DNA of 63,348 bases, filler included, from Pelomyxa schiedti (taxonomy: Eukaryota; Protista; Evosea), in the NCBI GenBank assembly GCA_020536535.1. It is 15 parts of 15 records of this genome, joined end to end, with 100 filler letters (N's around TTAATTAATTAA, not from the genome) between each part and the next. Parts side by side here need not be neighbours in the genome. Positions count along the whole stretch, not along the records: positions 8,847 to 16,710 come from JAHLWZ010001338.1; positions 16,811 to 25,547 come from JAHLWZ010000525.1; 13 more parts are not named here. One strand, 5' to 3'. The notes beneath the pieces are model-generated. The model saw only the letters and a program-made list of their open reading frames with translations. It was not told where the DNA came from and did no database searches. Positions within the stretch are counted from its first letter, which is position 1; each line of letters starts with the position of its first letter. Of the stretch, positions 12,938 through 23,875 are shown one piece after another. Both the position numbers and the translations under genes were made by a program.

Positions 12938-13470
12938 TTAGGGATACCTAAGAGAAACAAGAAAAGGGAAACCAGGTCCAGAGACCTTGCAGCTTGTTAT
13001 TACATCGGAAAGGGAAGGATTTTTTTTACTTGAGAAAAAGTCTGGTTGAGGGGGCCTTTTGGACATTATGAATTGCCACAATGAGTGAGTCTCTATACTA
13101 CGTGTTTGGTAGGAGTATTCGGGTAGAGTTTCTTCAGGACAACCAGGAGCAATGAACACGACCACTGACAGTAACCGTTAAGGAAGGTGGAAAAGAGCAA
13201 ACACAAACCACGGGTGTTGAGGCCACACAACTCTTCAATTTCTTCACGGGAATATTGTCCGCCCCTTCCCATGACACTTACGAGCTGCTGAGGTGCCACG
13301 TCCTCTGGAACAGGGCGCACAATGACCTCGGCCTCTTCTTTGGTTTTTACCATTGCAAAGCCCATAGACGACAGATTGTTTTGTACCTGCGTCAACCAGC
13401 TGGAGGAACTGAGGCCGTACGTGTCCACATACACCCGCAGTGGGGGTTCGGTGGTACCGTAGGACATCAT
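12938..13470 (-). CDS. Small flavodoxin-like alpha/beta protein (TIR-like or UPF0004/MTTase-N-like), copy 1, intact
   Basis: A 44-nt intron at 13165-13208 gives MMSYGTTEPPLRVYVDTYG...NNLSSMGFAMVKTKEEAEVIVRPVPEDVAPQQLV...GGQYSREEIEELCGLNTR|VVVFIAPGCPEETLPEYSYQTR. Two paralogues nearby share the intron position, which supports coding status. The fold call is by eye. Confidence 0.7.
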
Positions 13471-13584
13471 TTCTGTTAGTTTGATTGTTCCACCAATCTT
13501 CCAAAAAAGAAAGCAACTCTTGACACCAACTTGAAAAACCTCAAAACAAAAAGAAGAAAACTCTTGAGAAGTCACCAAGAAACC

Positions 13585-14852
13585 ATGGCCGCGACCCGCG
13601 TCACACCAGAACTCATTAAAATACTGTTGCTGGGGCGTGCAGGATGTGGAAAAAGCAGCACGGCCAACACTATGTGCCACTTGCTCTCCGGGGAACCAAC
13701 AATGCAGTTCACAGTTGGTGACGGTGGACTGCAACACACTACGGCTTATGTGCAACCAGCCAACGTCTTAGTTGAACGCTGTGGAAGAGTTACCCAATAT
13801 TCATTCATTGATACGCCAGGTAGTAGTCAGCACTGTGTCTTTGTAGCTTCTAACTGTGGTACAGGACTAGTGTCAACAACTTCTGAATCTCAAGTGCACA
13901 AATGGTGGCTCAAATTGAAAGATACTCTTGAGCAATATGTATTGCCTTCTTGTGCACCTTTCACCTGGATATCACCCGTTCGTTAGAACCCAGATTTCCT
14001 GATACTGGTTACGGCCGCACAAGATTTTAACGATGCCAACAGTCCTGATGCTACTTATGCACGCAAGCTCGCGCATAACCTCAGAACTGTTCAGAGTTTC
14101 AATTTCTGTTGTATGTTTTGTCATCCATCAGGACCTCATTGTTGGACTGTTAACATTCCTCAGCAAAACCAGTACCTATTGTAGTCACCCATGTACCGGA
14201 ACTGGCTGAAAGCCTTAGTGCAGGAGATGCTGCCAAGGAGAAGGCAATGACCGCTTTACAGGTTTCCACAAACGTTTACCCAGGTAATATTGGGCCTTCC
14301 AAACAAATTAATTCCAAATCATTTGTAGTGGAAAATTATGGAAAGGAATTAGGTCCTTCTATAGTGGAGGCAACAAATACCTCTCTTGCAAGGCTATTCC
14401 ATGACATGGATGTATGGAAATCTAGAGCAACCACTGTGCGTCCTTTCCCTGTCCTTTTTAGAATGAGTAACGACTCTGAAGGCTGTTCCGTTTAACTCGT
14501 TTCCCTGTCTCCTTTCAATTGAAAAAGCTTGGTGGGGTTGGGACCAGACCGACCCTGACAATGGTATGGATGTAACAGCAGTCATACGCAGGAGGGTTCA
14601 ACGATTTTGTACTTTACCCCCACTAAGACCGACGAACCGTATCTTTGGAAGAGGTACTTCTTTTTCGTGGAGCTAGCTGGTTACTGTGTAACAGATCCCT
14701 GCTTCTTCTGGGCAAAGAAACTTTGGATTACCTATAGTTACAACAACCAAGCACCTATCACCCTGGTGTGTGTGCAGAAAGAAGAGTGTAGTATTCAAGA
14801 AACCCTGGGCAACTGGCCAATCTGGGAAGACAACCCTCGAAACAGAGTTTAG
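13585..14852 (+). CDS. IFI44/AIG1-like P-loop GTPase with a C-terminal DUF3395 (DnaJC11-C)/SUEL-lectin-like domain
   Basis: G1 ILLLGRAGCGKSS, G2 HTT, G3 FIDTPG|L, G4 PIVVTHVP, G5-like VYP|VENY (IFI44 has RILLLGPIGAGKSS, LLTHVD, VSNY). C-terminus LSIEKAWWG...MDVTAVIRRRV...IFGR|DPCFFWAKKLWITYSY. Six short introns. Confidence 0.8.
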
Positions 14853-15212
14853 CAGATGAACAGGTGGACCCAAACAAACAAAAAAAAATGAAGTCGTTGT
14901 TGCCCACCACTCAAGTAAACCCGTATCCTTCACACCGTTCTTCCTCCCCGTTTGGCCTGAATGCATTGTCTGTGAAGTGTCAAAGCACCAAGAGAAACAC
15001 TGTTTTGTTGCCGTGCATCCGGAACGCTCAGGTGACATGTAACAAGTGACAATCTGGAGAACCAAAAGAAAATGCATTCCGGTGTCTCTTAGTGAAAATA
15101 TCTCGACGGCATAAAAATGTCCACAAACTCAGTCACGGGACCAATAAATGGCGCCAGGGTACGTGATCTGGCAGAATAAGGAAGCTGCAAGTAACACCAT
15201 GGTGCCAATATC

Positions 15213-15697
15213 TTATACATTATACATTTCAAGGCAGTCACTGTCTAGGATTTTACCTGGTCTTTCTGATGGAGCAGGTCTTTTGGACATTAAGAAGTTA
15301 CCCAAGGACTCTTTCCCAACGTCACGTGTTTGAAAGGAATTGTGTGGTAGATTTTCTTCAGGACAGCCAGGAGCAATGAACACAACAACTGGTGGATGTT
15401 CGGAGAATTACAGAGGAAAGGAAAAGGGCCAGCACGAACCACGAGTGTTGAGGCTACACAAGTCATCTGTCCGCGAATATTGTCCGCCCATTTCTCTGAG
15501 AGTTACGAGCTGCTGAGGTGCCACGTCCTCTGGAACAGGGCGCACAATGATCTCAGCGTCGTATTTGTTTTCAACGATGTGAACGCTCGGGATTTCTCTC
15601 AGTGTGCCTTGCAACTTGCGGAGCCAGTCAGAGTTGCGTACATGTACGTGTCTACACACACCCTAAGCGGTGGAGGGTCCTGGCTTCTGGGTTGCAT
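15213..15697 (-). pseudogene. Copy 2 of the small alpha/beta protein, with a 1-nt frameshift
   Basis: MQPRSQDPPPLRVCVDTY-(frameshift ~15643)-HVRNSDWLRKLQGTL...DAEIIVRPVPEDVAPQQLV...GGQYSRTDDLCSLNTR|VVVFIAPGCPEENLP; same intron position as copy 1. Confidence 0.75.
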
Positions 15698-15711
15698 AAG
15701 CAGGCCGTTGA

Positions 15712-15801
15712 TGGACGGTATTAGCATTTCCGAGTCTAACTGAAGACCACCAACACTTCCACTTTTTTTTAGCAGCAACTTGGAAATGCTAATACCGTCC
15801 A
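15712..15801. repeat. 24-bp inverted repeat (1 mismatch) bounding a 90-bp MITE-like remnant
   Basis: TGGACGGTATTAGCATTTCCGAGT (15712-15735) versus ACTTGGAAATGCTAATACCGTCCA (15778-15801). No target-site duplication evident. Confidence 0.7.
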
Positions 15802-16034
15802 AGGATGCACGAGGGTCAGGACCGAAGAACAGCTTCGGTCTCGAAGGATGGCTCGAATCACAGCTTCGATTCGAATTCTAAAGCTTAGAATAGAACGCTA
15901 CCAACATTAAAAGTTGGAAAATCAAGTTCTTTTTATGGTGCTTCTTTGTCTTGTACCGTTGTGCCAAATGGCATTACATGTCCATCTGGTGGAAACCACG
16001 ACCACCCAAGGAGAGGCCAGTAGTGATGTTAGAA

Positions 16035-16365
16035 CTACAGTGAGCAGCATGAAAATCCACAAGAGAAGAGAAAATGGCAGTAATGTATTCCAGTGTCTCT
16101 TGGTAAATATATAAATGCTGCAATAGGGGGAGGGGGCCTCTTCTTCATTAAGAAGTGGGCCAAAGAGTCTTTGTCAAACTCACGGGTCTGAAAGGAATTG
16201 TGTGGTAGTGCGTGGCTATTTCTGGTTGTTGGGCAACCAGGAGCAACGAAAACAACAACTAGTGGGTAGGTTGAGACTGAATACTTGCTGGGGAAACTAG
16301 CACAAACCACGGTTGTTCAGACCACAAAGATCGTCGATATGAGTGCGGGAGTATTGTCCACCCAT
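16035..16365 (-). pseudogene. Copy 3 of the small alpha/beta protein, N-terminal half deleted
   Basis: MGGQYSRTHIDDLCGLNNR|VVVFVAPGCP...LPHNSFQTREFDKDSLAHFLMKKRPP; begins mid-domain at the junction with a GTPase fragment. Confidence 0.75.
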
Positions 16366-16710
16366 ATGCCAATTCCTTTCTCGCGACACCCACACGAACC
16401 AGTTCACAGTTGGTGATGGTGGGAATTGTCATACTACAATACGGATAGAGAGAGCAAGGGTTGACGATGTACGAAAGGAACGAGTAAACAAATTCATGAT
16501 CATCGATAGTCCCGGTTTTAGACCTGCAACCAATTTGACTGTTGGCGTTGGTTCTAACTGTCAGTAGGTCTAGTCGTCACCTCCCCCAGCGTCCCACCCA
16601 ACAACGCACTTGTCACCACACTTGGAGGCACCAATAACGACGTTCCTGTGTCTACCTCAGTTGTTGCTCTCGTTGGTTTATTGCGTCCCATCACTATGCA
16701 ACAACCAATT
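16364..16710 (+). pseudogene. Second IFI44-like GTPase, start and P-loop deleted; runs to scaffold end
   Basis: ICQFLSRDTHTNQFTVGDGGNCHTT...FMIIDSPG|LV aligns to MCHLLSGEPTMQFTVGDGGLQHTT...SFIDTPG|LV of the 13585 gene, with the same intron phase and position. Confidence 0.8.
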
Positions 16711-16810
16711 NNNNNNNNNNNNNNNNNNNNNNNNNNNNNNNNNNNNNNNNNNNNTTAATTAATTAANNNNNNNNNNNNNNNNNNNNNNNNNNNNNNNNNN
16801 NNNNNNNNNN

Positions 16811-18022
16811 ATCTTTTGCGCCAAATGAATTATAAATTACCTTGACCTGGATTCCGCACAGGGTGCAAATTTCCGATGCTTTAACGTTCTTACTCAGGCC
16901 TTTGATTTTCGCCGTTACGGAAAAGTACATGTTGACTTGCTCATAACTGATTTGCGGAAATGAATTGAGAAAGATTGCCTGTAGTAGAATTGAATTTACC
17001 CACTCTCAACGCAAGCTGTAAGTAACGGCACGGATTTGATTTGTACAACCATCATGGCCACTTGTTCATCATTTACCTTTTGCGGTAGTGTCAGGATAAG
17101 AAGAACCCGAGTGAGATATTGGTAGGGAATATAACTGGTGCACCCCCAGAGAAGTGCTTTTGTATCTTATGCCTGAGTTTGTTTTTTTGCTCCTCCAGTT
17201 CCCCTTGAGTTAGTCTGGCTTTAATTGTCATTAGGTGTCAATGAAGCAACCATAATTGCGGTTTGCAAACCGTCTATCGTTTCATATGCAGTCCGTACAT
17301 TATTCTCAACAAAGCGAGAAACGCACGACATCGACTCTTCGAAGCTGTTCCTGTCACATTCGAGAGTAATTTGGCTACAAGTCTCAGATCCGCATGGCAC
17401 CCTCACGATCTGAAAAACAATGGTCAAACACAGAACAGCAACTTCAAAACTACTTGTATTGGAACGCGGTCTACGGCACTACTAGCCATTCGTGGTTCTC
17501 AAAAGTTGATGATGGGTGTCCCCGAAAACAAGAGACCCTTTGAGAACAAGTAGCTGTGGCAACATTTCCCTGCGTGACAACCTAAGCTGTCAAACTCATT
17601 CTTGGCAATGTTACGGAACGTGGAGAGATCTAGATGACACCGAGATCTTGTTTGCATTCATTTCTTCAAAAAAAAAAAACCTTTGTACGGTACTATGGCT
17701 TCGTTACCAACACCAGCGACTTCGGGAGATCCGGTACCAACGAAGCAGTCCAGCGGCTTGGGGTCACTGTTGAAGACGTCTTCAACCTCTTCGCTGTTGT
17801 CTACGGCCACTCAGACGACACCCAGATCTGGGGGTGACGGGAGTGCCGTTGCGGCCACTACAACGACACCGCCGGGCACTTGCGACGTGTGTTCTTCCGG
17901 CGGTGCGCCGTTTGCGGAGATGCCGAGCGTGGAGAGGTGCAAGCGAATTTTGGACGAAAACTCTGTTAAGATCAATGTCAAGGAGCACTCAATGACGGTG
18001 AGTATACTCACAAAACTTTAGC
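16811..18022. repeat. Near-identical duplicate of 18123-19342 across a 100-N gap (haplotype or assembly duplicate)
   Basis: Both copies begin ATCTTTTGCGCCAAATG and match through CAAAACTTTAGC, with scattered SNPs and indels. Confidence 0.9.
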
Positions 18023-18122
18023 NNNNNNNNNNNNNNNNNNNNNNNNNNNNNNNNNNNNNNNNNNNNNNNNNNNNNNNNNNNNNNNNNNNNNNNNNNNNNN
18101 NNNNNNNNNNNNNNNNNNNNNN

Positions 18123-18816
18123 ATCTTTTGCGCCAAATGAATTATAAATTACCTTGACCTGGATTCCGCACAGGGTGCAAATTTCCGATGCTTTAACGTT
18201 CTTACTCAGGCCTTTGATTTTCGCCGTTACGGAAAAGTACATGCTGACTTGCTCATAACTGATTTGCGGAAATGAATTGAGAAAGATTGCCTATAGTAGA
18301 ATTGAATTTACCCACTCTCAACGCAAGCTGTAAGTAACGGCACGGATTTGATTTGTACAACCATCATGGCCACTTGTTCATCATTTACCTTTTGCGGTAG
18401 TGTCAGGATACAGAAGAACCCGAGTGAGATATATTATATATAATGGTAGGGAATATAACTGGTGCACCCCCAGAGAAGTGCTTTTGTATCTTATGCCTGA
18501 GTTTGGTTTTTTGCTCCTCCAGTTCCCCTTGAGTTAGTCTGGCTTTAATTGTCATTAGGTCAATGAAACAACCATAATTGCGGTTTGCAAACCGTCTATC
18601 GTGTCATATGCAGTCCGTACATTATTCTCAACAAAGCGAGAAACGCACGACATCGACTCTTCGAAGCTGTTCCTGTCACATTCGAGAGTAATTTGGCTAC
18701 AACTCTCAGATCCACATGGCACCCTCACGATCTGAAAACAATTGTCAAACACAAAACAGCAACTTCAAAACTACTTGTATTGGAACGCGGTCTACGGCAC
18801 TAGCAGTAGCCGCCAT
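18123..18816 (-). CDS. Multi-exon hypothetical protein, possibly DUF3846-like; 3' truncated (duplicate at 16811-17489)
   Basis: Spliced MAATASAVDRVPIQ|IVRVPCG...|VPLLTACVESG|YEQVSMYFSVTAKIKGLSKNVKASEICTLCG resembles the 'MY.D..G..K.LP.N.RAS' motif. Head-to-head with the HD gene. Confidence 0.45.
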
Positions 18817-19011
18817 AGGTGTTTCTCAAAAGGTGATGGGTTGTCCTCCGAAGAGACGCCATTTGAGAACAAGGAGCTGTTGCAACATTTCCCTGCGTGA
18901 CAACCTAAGCTGTCAAACTCATTCTGGGCAATGACTGAACCTGGAAGGGCAGATCTAGATGACACCCCTGCCTTTCTTCATTTCTTCAAAAAAAACCTTT
19001 TACGCGGTACT

Positions 19012-20179
19012 ATGGCTTCGTCGTTACCAACACCAGTGACTTCGGGAGATCCGGTACCAACGAAGCAGTCCAGCGGCTTGGGGTCACTGTTGAAGACGTC
19101 TTCAACCTCTTCGCTGCTGTCTACGGCCACTCAGACGACACCTAGATCTGGGGGCGACGGGAGTGCCGTTGCGACCACTACAACGACGCCGCCGGGCACT
19201 TGCGACGTGTGTTCTTCCGGTGGTGCGCCGTTTGCGGAGATGCCGAGCGTGGAGAGGTGCAAGCGAATTTTGGACGAAAACTCTGTTAAGATCAATGTCA
19301 AGGAGCACTCAATGACGGTGAGTATACTCACAAAACTTTAGCGATATCACCCGCAAACCAAAAAAAACCTGACACTTTGTGTTACCCTTTGGCAAGGTAA
19401 TGCGAGTAGCCATGCGGATTGCTACTAATCTCGCTCCCGCTGCCCAACATATAAATACACAGCTGGTTACTGCTGGCTCTGTTCTGCATGATATAACCAA
19501 AAGCCGTTCTTTGCAAACTGGTGAAAGGCATGAAGTTACGGGCGGAGCTTTGGTGAGATCACTGGGGTACCCTTCTGTTGCTTGTTGCGTGGAACAGCAC
19601 CTCTTCATCAACAACTTCCTTGAAAATTCACCTCTACGCGAAGAGGAGATTGTATGCTACGCAGATAAGCGGGTTCTCCACACACAAGTGGTCTCCCTCA
19701 GTGCAAGGATGATTGATGCAGTGAAGAGAGCATATCAGCAACCGCTACTTAATTCAGGTGGATTTACAGCCCCTGATACAATAGGCGATCCAAGTGCAAC
19801 CCGCTGCAATATTCTTGATGCGAAGGCAATCGCACGAGCGGCTTCCGTTGTTGATACTTTTCAGAATCTATATGAGCCTCTGCAAAGGAAAATTCAAGCT
19901 AATATTACCGGGTCTCTAGAGGAGCTTATCGGCGGTGGCAGCAACACCCGCGAAGCTCTATTTCCATGGAAATATGGTGGCACAGAGATTCTTGTTGCCG
20001 GGGACTTCAGTGACTGGTACCCCATTCCCTGCAGGAAAGGGAACTCCCTGCGTTTGTTCCTACCACCCGGTGTCTACTCCTACAAATTCGTAGTTGACGG
20101 CAAGTGGGTGTTCGACATGGAGAAACCCACAACAACTGACCCCCTTGGTAACACCAACAACATTTTGACTTTGCGATAG
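19012..20179 (+). CDS. HD-domain (HDIG-type) metal-dependent phosphohydrolase fused to a C-terminal AMPK-beta-like glycogen-binding module (CBM48)
   Basis: One intron at 19318-19396. HD motifs KEHSMT|V, VLHDITK, HEVTG, VEQH and YADKRV are intact. C-terminus FPWKYGGTEILVAGDFSDW...LPPGVYSYKFVVDGKW...DPLGNTNNIL is the canonical AMPK-beta CBM pattern. Confidence 0.9.
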
Positions 20180-20414
20180 ATTGATTCCCTAACAACACCA
20201 AAAATCACCCTGAACCCAAACCACCTTTTCCTTGTTACTGTCAAATACCTTGTACTTTGGGGAAATTGTTTTGTTTTTTTGGAATTGAAAAAGAGAGAGT
20301 TTTTTTTTGGCCACTTTGTTGTACTGTTGTTATTTATGTTGGTAGTATTGAAACGTGAACTTGTGTTAAAAAAAAAAAAAGGGAGATGAAAGTGAAAACA
20401 GTTAGTGTTGTTAC

Positions 20415-23115
20415 TTAGCTGGAAGAGTATGGAGGTGGTGGGAGTGAGGAGGTTGAGGATGATAACGATGGTGACGCTGTTGTGGGAATGGAGGAGGCAC
20501 TGTGATAGGGATTTGGGTTTGTGCACGGTGTGAATAGGCGTTGTAGGCAGGACGGTGCTTGTTCCTTGGGTACAAGTTCGCCGTAGTTGAGTGTGACAAA
20601 CCCGGTAACAATCACACAAATTCCAATGATGCCGATAAGAGGTACGAGGTATCTGGAGTTGGAGTCAATGAATAAGCGGTGGTTTATTGTTGTGCAAACC
20701 CGTAGAGAATCAGATCGAAGAACATGGCAGCGGGAATGGTGAGTAATAGTCCGACACTTACAAACAGAGGGGATGAATTGATGATCGCCAAAAGAATTAG
20801 AAGCTGCCTCCAGTGAATATCAGTCCCTTACTTGATAGAGAGCATAACCAATTGTGGATAAAGAAACAAACATGAACCCCGCCGCAGAGCTAAGTTGTGC
20901 AACACTTTCTCCAGTGCTGGTGCTTANNNNNNNNNNNNNNNNNNNNNNNNNNNNNNNNNNNNNNNNNNNNNNNNNNNNNNNNNNNNNNNNNNNNNNNNNN
21001 NNNNNNNNNNNNNNNNNNNNNNNNNNTTGTTGTGCAAACCCGTAGAGAATCAGATCGAAGAACATGGCAGCGGGAATGGTGAGTAATAGTCCGACACTTA
21101 CAAACAGAGGGGATGAATTGATGATCGCCAAAAGAATTAGAAGCTGCGGAGTTTGTTAATAGGTGGAAAACATTGTTTTGTATTTGTACATTTTGAGTGG
21201 CATCGAGGCAGCCTAAAAGAACAAGGTAAAGTAACGTAGTCCCGGTTGGAGATTCATAACTAGAAAGTAGTTAATTTTCATGTGGAAAAAAGGTACTATA
21301 CCTTTCAATCCCGAAAATATTCCACACAGCAAAGAATACCCACAGAAGTAAAAAGTTGAAGAACCCAACTAGTCCAAGGAACAGAAGAGTGTCTCTCACA
21401 TTGTGTGGTCTGAGAGGGTCAACACTGTATTTGCGGTAGAGGACCTGTTGGCAACATCAATTTTATGGCCTCCAGTGAATATCAGTCCCTTACTTGATAG
21501 AGAGCATAACCAATTGTGGATAAAGAAACAAACATGAACCCCGCCGCAGAGCTAAGTTGTGCAACACTTTCTCCAGTGCTGGTGCTTANNNNNNNNNNNN
21601 NNNNNNNNNNNNNNNNNNNNNNNNNNNNNNNNNNNNNNNNNNNNNNNNNNNNNNNNNNNNNNNNNNNNNNNNNNNNNNNNNNNNNNNNGCCTCCAGTGAA
21701 TATCAGTCCCTTACTTGATAGAGAGCATAACCAATTGTGGATAAAGAAACAAACATGAACCCCGCCGCAGAGCTAAGTTGTGCAACACTTTCTCCAGTGC
21801 TGGTGCTTACGGCAGAGCCACGGAAAGGTGCACCTTTGTAAAAGTAACCATAAAATGTATCCTGGGATACAGGAATACCTCCTGAGAAAGCAACAACAAA
21901 TACCCCGAGGAGGCTTGTACTAACTGCAATGAGTTTGATTGGTGTAACAATCTCCCCAAGCATTAAAATGCTGAAAAGGAATACAAAAGCAGCGCAGGAG
22001 TTATTCACTGCTGTGTTGCTTGTGACACTAATCCGAGGAAGTGACAAGTACCTGGTTTTCGTCAAAGATAATTGTGCACAACAGCAGCCATACCAAAAGT
22101 ACTCAACAAAGAAGATGAGAATACTCAACCCCAGTGCAGAGAGCAGCATCTGTTTAAGTGGCACCCCTGTTATAAGTTTGGCCGGGTTTGGCATAGAAGT
22201 AATTGGTTGGGGTAGTGTAGCAGCCAATTTACTCCCCCCATTCTGAGTGCGGCTGCGTTTTCTCCAAAAAAGGTATGCCCATGGGATGAACCACAGCAAG
22301 CCGCTGTTGTGGATGAACCAGGTCATGTAACATGGCTGGATCATTTAGAAATAGGATTATGCAGTAGAGTTCTATACCTTATAGTATATTTTGTGCTCCA
22401 CGGCTTGCAACACTTCAGCCATGAAAACCCAATTCAGTACCATGAGACCAAGTAACGTCCAGGCAATCCATATTCTAGGTACTTGGTCTCCATCACAAAG
22501 TAACAGTTGGGGTTACACACCTTTTCCTATCAATGTGAGGAATTGGTAATCTTTCAGAAATCATCCCTATTTGGGGTTATCAACACACAATGNNNNNNNN
22601 NNNNNNNNNNNNNNNNNNNNNNNNNNNNNNNNNNNNNNNNNNNNNNNNNNNNNNNNNNNNNNNNNNNNNNNNNNNNNNNNNNNNNNNNNNNNATTCTAGG
22701 TACTTGGTCTCCATCACAAAGTAACAGTTGGGGTTACACACCTTTTCCTATCAATGTGAGGAATTGGTAATCTTTCAGAAATCATCCCTATTTGGGGTTA
22801 TCAACACACAATGTGTAACCGTAAAAAACTACGCCGCGCGTGTATTGTAGAAAGCAAATTATATTGGTTGTGTGGTTAAGTAATTATATAGTTCAAATAC
22901 AACCAAAATAGGAATAGGAATAGAAAAAAAGAAAAGAAATATGGCGGCGTACCAGGTACGACTGCGATTGCTCCGGCTACCTTGCCTACTCGTCCCATAA
23001 TTGCGCCGCCGGCGGCCGACGCGGCCCTCGAGGCGGCGCCCCCGGTCAACATGTCGTCCATCTCGCGAATGTGTTGCCGGTTGGCCTCGCTGGCACTGCT
23101 ACTACTACTAGCCAT
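20415..23115 (-). CDS. DMT/EamA-family transporter, SLC35F-like; fragmented by three gaps with duplicated flanks
   Basis: Hydrophobic exons QPCYMTWFIHN, YFW|YLSLPRISVTSNTAVNNSCAAFVFLFSILMLGE, STIGYALYQ, AIINSSPLFVSVGLLLTIPAAMFFD and GICVIVTGFV. Confidence 0.85.
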
Positions 23116-23875
23116 CGTCACGCAGTACTAGCCAAGAAGAGACCAAGATTTGATTTGAAATTGATGTGTTGGTTCGAGGAACTTCGCTGCTTCGATTTGA
23201 GATTGGCCCAATGTATTCACACAAAGAAGTGTTGTTGCCCCAGTGGAAAAAGATTACTCTGTCAAAGGTGGCAATTCTCCCAGTGGTGTGGTGGTTTTTC
23301 ACCAAATACGGTACCCAAATTGTCTGAGTTTGCCAGTAAAATGTGGGCCTTGAAAAATTGTGTGCATACAGTTCTGTGCGTCTCTGTGTGAGGATTACAG
23401 CTCACAGCATTTCAGGGCAGAAATCGGCACTGTCCAGGAGTTATAATAACGGAAAGGAAACAAAAAAGGAAATTTGCACCATTCTCCCCAGTGCCACTTC
23501 ATCACAACCGAGCATGGAAGTGGGCTTCCTGCATGGACCATTCAGATTAATTGCAATAGACACTTTGTATTCCCCCCAGGGGGATTCCTATTTTCTACAA
23601 TGCAGACCAAAATGCGAATGATGATGCAGAGTCATCTGCCCACGTTGGCAACCAAGCCAGGGCAGGATGACTGGAACAAACACAGGGATGAGTCTCTGTT
23701 ATGGGATGACGGTGGGATCATGTGAGGTCAAAAAGAAGATCACAATACCAGCTTGGCAGTTTAGCTGCTGAAGGGTGTTGTTGGACAGGGAGACATACAA
23801 GAAGTAATCAGCTTCCACATACCTAACAATAAATCCTGGATTTGTCTTGAACACAAAATTGAGATCACTGATTTT

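Noticed and set aside
20690-22812. Apparent repeated exons in the DMT transporter (similar cases at 16.8-19.3, 25.6-26.6 and 55.9-56.8 kb)
   Set aside because: The duplicates begin or end exactly at 100-N gaps, so they are scaffolding or haplotype redundancy rather than demonstrable tandem duplication.
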